A stretch of DNA of 64,000 nt from Candidatus Woesearchaeota archaeon (lineage in GTDB: Archaea; Nanobdellota; Nanobdellia; SCGC-AAA011-G17; UBA489): positions 27,311 through 91,310 of the forward strand of contig CAYMIM010000013.1 in NCBI GenBank assembly GCA_964390715.1, read 5' to 3'. The number at the start of each line of letters is the position of its first letter. The stretch's first letter is position 1. The position numbers and the translations under genes were made by a program. Under the pieces are notes generated by a model. It did not search any database and was not told the origin of the DNA. It saw only the letters and a program-made list of their open reading frames with translations. Below, piece after piece: positions 58,501-64,000 of the stretch.

Positions 58501-59217
58501 TGCGAGCCTTTGGAAGAGAATGTGCATGCTGCTATCAAAAAGGGAGACATTCCTGAAGGTCGCGTCTCCAAAAAAGATACTCGTCTGTATGAAGTCCTGG
58601 AAAAATTAGGCTGGTCCGCGAAAGAAGCGAAGAAAGTGCGTGATGTTTACAATGGTAATTTGTTAATTGATGACACTCGTGGTATTGTCTACATTGGTGA
58701 AGTGCAGGAATTAATTAATGATGGATATGAGCAGGTCATGAAGCAAGGTCCAATCGCTCGTGAACCAGTTGTTAAGTTAAAGGTCATTGTCAAAGATTGT
58801 AAACTGCATGAAGACGCTATTCACCGTGGTCCTGCGCAAGTGGTTCCAGCGATCCGTGAAGCTATTCGTGGTTCTATGAACTCAGGTAACGCGATTATTT
58901 ATGAGCCATTGCAAGTATTACAGATTGACGCTCCTGCGGATTACATGGGAGAGATTAGTAAATTAGTCCAGAACAAGCGTGGTCAACTCTTAAGCGTCAA
59001 GCAAGAAGGCACCTCTATGAGCATCAGAGCGAAATTGCCAGTCGCTGAGTCTTTTGGTCTCGCTTCTGATCTTCGTTCCGCGACAGCGGGTCGTGGATCT
59101 TACTTCTTAGTGGATCAAATGTACGAAAAACTACCATCAGATTTACAGCCAAGAGTCGCTCAGAGAATTAGAGAAAGAAAAGGCTTGAAAGCTGAAGAGC
59201 CTGTAGCTACAGAATAA
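55540..59217 (+). CDS. fusA: Elongation factor 2 (aEF-2) interrupted by a 490-aa intein within the P-loop
   Basis: Exteins ...IRNICTSAHIHHGK / TALTDNLLAASGHISSKAAGDLDKGMATWQHADEQERLMTVDAANVSM...LIDTPGHVDFGG are contiguous EF-2 G-domain sequence. 1225 aa against about 730 aa typical. Confidence 0.85.
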   Translation: MPPSDAANEIMELAKVPAHIRNICTSAHIHHGKCIDGKSRLILANGEIKTAEQIYQLAEQKGQKFEEKEEHTIYDISKENITIFSLNQATGQLEKKNVSLAWKLKGGQVIKIKLRNGFDITSTPEHKYIVFKNMQFVEKIAGELRLGDNIVCARKTNVDANIDLKKEMLELLRNKNFYVCLKEDFVAQLKQKIFAYGTEKLVKEINSPIKPKSFYHGIWQKRILLNDLLNACKIFDITEIYDKIETIVYRTGKQRGHNSLPIKLPQNFANFFYLAGLFTGDGSSKRFIVGKEELRKEFISICQEIGCNATEKNDKGKTPALETNKTLLHMLNTIFDYPLKQKSHNVKISTFVWKSPKELIGKFLKGYFDTDGTVELSRGAISIYSASKQMMKDLPLLLLRFGIVPIVNNDNIYISGFSVEQYNKQIGFNVKHKEQRAKALATNAIGSYVTDWINLTTETRVSKHNTQKLVQLGLKEQVQNKFFNDDLVYIQVTGIEEGYEETVYDFTVPDNHTFIAEGIVMHNTALTDNLLAASGHISSKAAGDLDKGMATWQHADEQERLMTVDAANVSMIHTFENTKYLINLIDTPGHVDFGGNVTRAMRAIDGTIVLICAVEGIMPQTETVVRQAIRERVKPVLFINKVDRLINELKFTPEQMQERFLKLITEFNTLIENTAEDEYKQKWKVDILNGSVAFGSARENWALSIPYMKNKNVSFKDIVNLYKEDVTEENRQKWIWEKAPVFEVILDMVIKHLPNPLEAQKYRIPHIWHGDLETQFGKDLLVGNPNGKIAFVITRITIDPRFGRELCAGRLFSGTVRAGQTVWLNNAKSTQRIAQVFMYKGIKPESLDSVSAGNVLALGGISGMAGETITEGPEQPFEELKHIFEPVITKSIEPLKPQDLPKLVEVLKKVLKEDPSIKIDINQETGENLIHGMGELHLEIIENRIKTEKGLDIKTSPPIVVYRESMQKPGQEMEGKSPNKHNKFYIVCEPLEENVHAAIKKGDIPEGRVSKKDTRLYEVLEKLGWSAKEAKKVRDVYNGNLLIDDTRGIVYIGEVQELINDGYEQVMKQGPIAREPVVKLKVIVKDCKLHEDAIHRGPAQVVPAIREAIRGSMNSGNAIIYEPLQVLQIDAPADYMGEISKLVQNKRGQLLSVKQEGTSMSIRAKLPVAESFGLASDLRSATAGRGSYFLVDQMYEKLPSDLQPRVAQRIRERKGLKAEEPVATE
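55639..57108 (+). mobile_element. Intein with LAGLIDADG homing endonuclease in aEF-2 (Cys1 ... His-Asn, +1 Thr), inserted between GK and T of the Walker A motif
   Basis: Begins CIDGKSRLILANGEIK and ends GIVMHN, followed by TALTDNLL. Motifs FYLAGLFTGDGS and LKGYFDTDGTV. Confidence 0.8.
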
Positions 59218-59251
59218 GAGCCTAATCTGTAATTATTTATATGTTAAGAAG

Positions 59252-59848
59252 TTAGAGTTGTCTTTTCCATTTAGCGAAGTCTATTAAAACTGCGCCACCT
59301 TTTTCTGGAGACCAAATACAATTTGCTAATTTTAAGTCAAGACCAGAGAATCCTCTTTGTGTTGCTTTACGAATTTCTTCATCTCTTGAAGCAATAGCCT
59401 CTTGGTACTCTCTTGATTCAAAATTTAATTTATCTAGAGTAACTCCTGAAATATATTCCATTATAAAAAGTTCACAGATACATCTCCCAAATCCTTGGAT
59501 CCTTTGAATCCCTTTTCCATCATCAACTCCTTGTAATGATAATTTTTTAATTGCTATAGGTCTAGGTACTCGTATACCTTCTCTAAAAAGTTGTGTAGCT
59601 ATCCCATGGTCATTTTTTATTTTTTGATCATGTTTATGACGTTCTCTTAAGGTATAAACTTCTGGATTTTGAGCATATAATGGAAATTTTGCAACTAAAG
59701 TTTCAGAAATTCTATAGGCTAGACCATCAAATCCTTGTCCTAAAAGTCGAGATGAGTCAGAGGTACATACTTGTTCAATAAAATGTGCCATAGCAGATTC
59801 CTCTAACAACTCTAAATGAGAGAAATGAAGAGGAGTGGGGGTGTGCAT
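59252..59848 (-). CDS. Small protein-kinase-like/Kdo-kinase-like protein (about 198 aa), AT-rich, inserted on the opposite strand inside the EF2/EF1alpha operon
   Basis: MEYISGVTLDKL (hinge-like) ... VLIDFAKW (DFG-like) pattern. Weak assignment. Confidence 0.35.
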   Translation of the reverse strand: MHTPTPLHFSHLELLEESAMAHFIEQVCTSDSSRLLGQGFDGLAYRISETLVAKFPLYAQNPEVYTLRERHKHDQKIKNDHGIATQLFREGIRVPRPIAIKKLSLQGVDDGKGIQRIQGFGRCICELFIMEYISGVTLDKLNFESREYQEAIASRDEEIRKATQRGFSGLDLKLANCIWSPEKGGAVLIDFAKWKRQL

Positions 59849-59892
59849 ACATCACTATAAGGCGACTAGATTTATAATTATTTCTCATAAAA

Positions 59893-60237
59893 ATGATAAA
59901 GAAGCGTGAAAACCACAAAGTTTATAAGTATGTATCTATTAAATACAACTTGATAACTATGGAACAAGTACTCATAGCACCAAAAATAGCGCACAGTCCA
60001 ACTTTAGAAACTGTCCAGATGGTAGAGGAAACAATCAAAGAAGCCAAAGAAGTACTCAGTATCGCGGAGCTGAAAAGAAGACTCCCAAGAAAAGTAAATC
60101 ACAATACTCTAAAAATCATTCTTACCTATTTACAAAAAAGTGGCAAAATAGAATTTACACCAGACGGCGTAGTTTGGATTTTCCTACCCAAAGAAGACAT
60201 AGCGGCAATCCTCAGCAAAGGAAGAACATGGGCTTAA
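59893..60237 (+). CDS. Hypothetical small protein, possibly winged-helix-like; possible start at the internal Met (MEQVL)
   Basis: ORF track. ...SIAELKRRLPRKVNHNTLKIILTYLQKSGKIEFTPDGVVW. The stop overlaps the start of the next small ORF. Confidence 0.35.
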   Translation: MIKKRENHKVYKYVSIKYNLITMEQVLIAPKIAHSPTLETVQMVEETIKEAKEVLSIAELKRRLPRKVNHNTLKIILTYLQKSGKIEFTPDGVVWIFLPKEDIAAILSKGRTWA

Positions 60238-60603
60238 AACAGAAAGAGAAGATTGTCAAGGTTATTGGTGCTGCTGAAGCTGCTCTTACAAAGCTAGAAG
60301 AAAATATTAATAGTATAGAAGCGCAAGGAAAAACTCCCGCCAAAACAGATTAAGCAACTTCTCAAAAGTATTGGACATGCGTTAGACCTTCTCAAAGGAA
60401 ACCCCTTCACAGGCAATCCAGTTTCTCATCATCTCTGGCCTAAAGAATTTCAACAATTACCAAACCTATTCAGGATAGAGCTTTCTCAATTTTGGAGATT
60501 GTTATATTATGTAACTGGAGATGAGGTTAAAGTGATTAGTGTAGTTTTCGAAATTTGTGATCATCCGCAGTATGATAAAATTTTTGGCTACAAGAAGAAA
60601 TGA
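60228..60603 (+). pseudogene. RelE/ParE-family toxin-like gene, apparently disrupted by a frameshift: a 41-codon ORF (60228..60353) followed in the +1 frame by the toxin core with no start codon
   Basis: +1 frame (60319..60603): ...LKGNPFTGNPVSHHLWPKEFQQLPNLFRIELSQFWRLLYYVTGDEVKVISVVFEICDHPQYDKIFGYKKK*. It matches the RelE/ParE pattern (NPF.G.P ... LWR.RVGDYRIIY ... V.VL.I.H) but has no ATG/GTG/TTG in frame. Confidence 0.45.
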
Positions 60604-60704
60604 GACGTCCATATTATAGAAAAATAGCTCAATTCCTACCGTAACCTTTATAAATCGTTGATTGTGCATTTAAGCACTAATACCATAAAGGAGATACTCT
60701 AAAA

Positions 60705-61991
60705 ATGGCAAAGCAAAAACCACACATTAACGTTATTTTCGTAGGTCACGTTGACCACGGAAAGTCCACTACAGTTGGACGTCTCATGTACGATTCTGGT
60801 AACATTGATGAGCAAGCTATGAGAAAGCTCAAGGAAAAAGCGCAGCAATTAGGTAAGGCTGGTTTCGAATTCGCGTTCATTATGGATAATCTAAAAGAAG
60901 AGCAAGAACGTGGTGTAACCATTGACTTGTCCTATCAAAAGTTCTTGACAGACAAATTTGAAGTGACTATCATCGACGCTCCTGGACACAAGGACTTCGT
61001 CAAAAACATGATTACAGGCGCTTCCCAGGCGGATTGCGCGTTCTTAGTATGCGCTGCTCCTGATGGTATTATGGCCCAGACCAAAGAACACATCTGGTTG
61101 CTCAAGACCTTAGGTGTACAGCAAATTTCAGTCGTAGTTAACAAGATGGATGTAGTCAAATATGATCAGGCTAAATTCGACGCTGTTGTTACTGACTTAA
61201 AGAAATTAGCGCAGATGGTCGGATTCAAAGCTGATCAAATCCAATTTATTCCAACAAGCTCCTATAATGGAGACAATGTCGTCAAGAGATCAACCAACAT
61301 GACTTGGTACACAGGTCCAACTATCAGAGAGCAATTAGACTTGTTCAAAGAGCCTGAAAAGCCAGTTACCTTGCCATTGCGTATGCCTATTCAGGATGTC
61401 TATAACATCCCAGGTATCGGTGTAGTTCCAGTCGGTAGAATTGAAACGGGAAAAATGAAGACAAATGATAAGATCATTGTCGTTCCTGCTAGAGACGGTA
61501 AAGGTATCAAAGGTGAAGTAAAATCCATCGAGATGCACCATGAAGTCGTTCCTGAAGGTATTGCGGGTGACAACATTGGTTTCAACGTTCGTGGTATCAC
61601 CAAGAAAGATATTGCTCGCGGTGACGTTTTAGGTCATGAATCTAATCCGCCTACTATCTGTACAGAATTCACTGCGCAGATCGTGGTTTTGAATCACCCA
61701 ACCGTTATCACGAAAGGGTACACGCCAGTCTTCCACATTCACACTGCGCAAGTAGCGTGTCAGATCGTGGAAATCGTGAAGAAATTGGACCCAGCGACTG
61801 GTCAAGTATTGCAGGAGCACCCAGACTTCATCAAGAACGGTGATGCGGCCATTATCAAAGTCAGACCAACAAAACCTTTAGTCATCGAACGTCAGAAAGA
61901 TATCCCACACATGGCTCGTTTCGCGGTTCGTGACGCTGGTTCAACAGTCGCCGCGGGTATGTGCATCGACTTAGTGGCTAAAGTATTATAA
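60705..61991 (+). CDS. tuf: Elongation factor 1-alpha (aEF-1A)
   Basis: [29 protein letters not shown] GTPase motifs. 428 aa. Confidence 0.9.
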   Translation: MAKQKPHINVIFVGHVDHGKSTTVGRLMYDSGNIDEQAMRKLKEKAQQLGKAGFEFAFIMDNLKEEQERGVTIDLSYQKFLTDKFEVTIIDAPGHKDFVKNMITGASQADCAFLVCAAPDGIMAQTKEHIWLLKTLGVQQISVVVNKMDVVKYDQAKFDAVVTDLKKLAQMVGFKADQIQFIPTSSYNGDNVVKRSTNMTWYTGPTIREQLDLFKEPEKPVTLPLRMPIQDVYNIPGIGVVPVGRIETGKMKTNDKIIVVPARDGKGIKGEVKSIEMHHEVVPEGIAGDNIGFNVRGITKKDIARGDVLGHESNPPTICTEFTAQIVVLNHPTVITKGYTPVFHIHTAQVACQIVEIVKKLDPATGQVLQEHPDFIKNGDAAIIKVRPTKPLVIERQKDIPHMARFAVRDAGSTVAAGMCIDLVAKVL

Positions 61992-61994
61992 GAA

Positions 61995-62035
61995 GGTTTT
62001 TCCTTCTTCTTTTCTCATTTTTTTCTTTTCTTGTT
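61995..62035 (+). terminator. Pyrimidine/oligo-T tract after tuf (archaeal intrinsic terminator candidate)
   Basis: AGGTTTTTCCTTCTTCTTTTCTCATTTTTTTCTTTTCTTGTTT. Confidence 0.35.
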
Positions 62036-62077
62036 TGAGCGCCTTATCAGAAAACTACAAGTGAAAGGTGAAAACAG

Positions 62078-62476
62078 ATGGTCAACGCAAAATACAGATA
62101 TGAAATAATTATAAGATTCAATGACGAGATGGCGTTTCGTGATGCGCATGATGGAAGCGTAACAGGCAGAAGAGATGATGATTTTAGATATGCGAATGGT
62201 GTAGCACGACTGACCATAAATAATGATCCCTATAAAGGAAACATGAGCAGTTATGAGCCGCATGGAAATATAGGAAGAGCATTTTCAGAGAGAAGATTAG
62301 ATATTGCATTAGTGCAAGGATTAAGAAAAAGATTAGTAAATATCGCGCATGTGGAAGTGAAAGAGCTAAGAAGCATGGATAGAGGGCATTTGCGAATTAT
62401 AAAGAGAGCCGATCTAGAAGGTGCATTAAGTGAAATCCCTATGCAGGCGGATATGGCTGAGGAACCTGAAGAATAA
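62078..62476 (+). CDS. Hypothetical protein (132 aa) inserted between tuf and rps10; codon usage differs from neighbours
   Basis: GGTGA Shine-Dalgarno-like sequence 8 nt upstream of the ATG. Heavy AGA/AGG/ATA usage, unlike flanking translation genes. Confidence 0.45.
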   Translation: MVNAKYRYEIIIRFNDEMAFRDAHDGSVTGRRDDDFRYANGVARLTINNDPYKGNMSSYEPHGNIGRAFSERRLDIALVQGLRKRLVNIAHVEVKELRSMDRGHLRIIKRADLEGALSEIPMQADMAEEPEE

Positions 62477-62520
62477 AAGTGCAGAAACCTTTATAAACCG
62501 CCTTCTTTCTTTTCTTTTTT

Positions 62521-62829
62521 ATGGCAAAAGCGCGCATCAGTTTGTCCAGCATCGATGTGGACAAGATTAATCAGGTCTGCACCAGCATCAAGGATATCGC
62601 TGAAAAGACCAAAACAAAAATGTCTGGTCCAGTGACATTGCCAACAAAGCGATTAAAACATACTACTCGTAAAACACCTTGCGGTAATGGAAAAGCTTCT
62701 TTCGACAACTTCGAGATGCGTATTCACAAACGTTTGATTGAACTAGGTATTGATGAGCGTGCTCTGCGTTTAGTCATGAGAGTGCCTATTCCAGAAGACG
62801 TCAACATTGAAATAGAGATGTTTGAATAA
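62521..62829 (+). CDS. rps10: 30S ribosomal protein S10
   Basis: MAKARISLSSIDVDKINQVCTSIKDIAEKTKTKMSGPVTLPTKRLKHTTRKTPCGNGKASFDNFEMRIHKRLIELG. Confidence 0.9.
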   Translation: MAKARISLSSIDVDKINQVCTSIKDIAEKTKTKMSGPVTLPTKRLKHTTRKTPCGNGKASFDNFEMRIHKRLIELGIDERALRLVMRVPIPEDVNIEIEMFE

Positions 62830-62994
62830 AATAAGAGTTCTAGACATATTTAAATTAACACCAGTGCTTTTTAAAGAGTCATGGGAAAAAGGCGAAATAC
62901 TTTCGGTATAAAGCGGAAACTTTTCTCTTTGCAGACTGATATTTCCGATATTTTCTAGTAAAAATATATTAAAGCGAAAGAAATCTAATTAGGT

Positions 62995-64000
62995 ATGAAA
63001 GCAAAAAAAATCATGATAATTATGGTATGGTGCTCGCTCGCGCTTGGGGCTAGTTCAGCGGTCACATTAGATCTTTGTACTAATAGCACGCTTTTTTCTT
63101 CAGACGTAAGCATGTATGACTATAAGCCAAGTGTATTCGGTGATTATGTTCTTTGGAATGCTGATAACCAGATCGTAATTTATGACGCGATAAAAAAAGA
63201 AATAGTGAATGTTACTCTAAACGAGTATGCTGTTGCTGATGCGGTGCTTGTTGAAGAGAAAATAGTTTGGGTAGGATTTAATGAAGAGGCTCAGATATAC
63301 GGATGTAGCATAAGAAAGAATGGAAAAGACAGTGGCTGTTTAAGCGGCGACAAAAAAGTAAAAATGACAAATACTGTCTCGTTAAAGCGTAATCCAGCTA
63401 TATCTGGTTCAACTGTAGTCTGGGAAGAATTCGATGGACACGATTTTGAAATTATGCTCTGTGATCAGAGAAAAAATGAAAGAAAAGGGGGTTGCTTAGC
63501 GGACGATAAGAAAATACAAATTACAGAAAATGAGTATGAAGATAGAAATCCTCAGATCTTGCATGATCTACTAGTCTGGGAAGCTAAAACTAAACAAGAC
63601 TGGGACATTTGGATATATAATAGGGAGAGCAAGAGAAAAAAGCCACTGGTTGAAGAACAAGGAGATCAATTATCTCCAAGAATAGGGTGGAATAGTTTTG
63701 GATATAAGGTAATATTTTCAAGCAGGGAGCATGAGGAAACAAACATCATGGTAAAAAGTTTAAACACAGGAATAATTACCCCTATAACAGCGGGAAATAA
63801 TCTAAATGAATGGGCTCCAGTGATTGATGGAATGCGAAGTAAGACGTTATGGTGGCTATCCGACAAATATGGCTTGTCAAATATTGAAGGACTAAAAAAC
63901 GGCAAAATCATCGATATGCGATTGGAAAACTACAGTATACAGAAAAATATTGGAGCTTATAACGGAACAATAGTATTTGAGCAATGGAATAAAGGAGTGC
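62995..64000 (+). CDS. Secreted repeat protein (signal peptide; TolB/beta-propeller-like W-x-repeats), 3' end beyond the window
   Basis: MKAKKIMIIMVWCSLALGASSAV signal. Recurring hydrophobic-W/Y strands (VLWNADNQIVIYD, VVWEEFDGHDFEIMLCD, LVWEAKTKQDWDIWIYN). No stop before the window end. Confidence 0.45.
   Translation, partial: MKAKKIMIIMVWCSLALGASSAVTLDLCTNSTLFSSDVSMYDYKPSVFGDYVLWNADNQIVIYDAIKKEIVNVTLNEYAVADAVLVEEKIVWVGFNEEAQIYGCSIRKNGKDSGCLSGDKKVKMTNTVSLKRNPAISGSTVVWEEFDGHDFEIMLCDQRKNERKGGCLADDKKIQITENEYEDRNPQILHDLLVWEAKTKQDWDIWIYNRESKRKKPLVEEQGDQLSPRIGWNSFGYKVIFSSREHEETNIMVKSLNTGIITPITAGNNLNEWAPVIDGMRSKTLWWLSDKYGLSNIEGLKNGKIIDMRLENYSIQKNIGAYNGTIVFEQWNKGV

Noticed and set aside
1-64000. 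CRISPR arrays, rRNA genes, transposases, integrases or prophage structural genes
   Set aside because: Scanned intergenic regions (8244..8694, 17551..17628, 18303..18526, 28329..28586, 44547..44814, 59218..59892, 62830..62994). No spaced direct repeats of CRISPR type, no rRNA-like conserved stretches, and no DDE/tyrosine-recombinase-like ORFs in the track.

Overview
The window reads as an AT-rich archaeal chromosome segment, probably from an uncultivated lineage. The evidence is archaeal-type ribosomal proteins, class III signal peptide pilins, intron-containing tRNAs, and the canonical rpoH-rpoB''-rpoB'-rpoA'-rpoA''-L30e-NusA-S12-S7-EF2-EF1alpha-S10 block. Core genes include aIF2 (partial), L7Ae-S28e-L24e-NDK, GluRS, UPP synthase, a CaCA exchanger, proteasome beta, aCPSF1, an RNase J-like nuclease, Mre11-Rad50 and signal peptidase. 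The most unusual region is an accessory island at about 19.8 to 32.1 kb. Two archaeal pilin genes whose first ~135 nt are nearly identical flank an AT-rich ABC-transporter-dependent glycan cluster (Wzm/Wzt, two methyltransferases, three glycosyltransferases, a WbaP-like phosphoglycosyltransferase, a GT-C-like membrane enzyme). A 667-aa Cys-rich repeat protein with a pilin-like N-terminus is transcribed divergently from the first pilin. Also notable are LAGLIDADG inteins in both rpoA'' and aEF-2, and three intron-containing tRNAs (Tyr, Asp, Lys). A stearoyl-CoA-desaturase-family gene sits between tRNA genes. Low-GC insertions interrupt the conserved EF2/EF1alpha/S10 operon and carry a kinase-like gene, a disrupted RelE-like toxin and an ORF with atypical codon usage. 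A VapBC pair has upstream operator-like repeats and a duplicated vapB remnant. Several small zinc-ribbon genes look frameshifted or stop-interrupted. No CRISPR, rRNA, transposase or integrase was seen. All calls come from reading the sequence and ORF translations; no database search was run.
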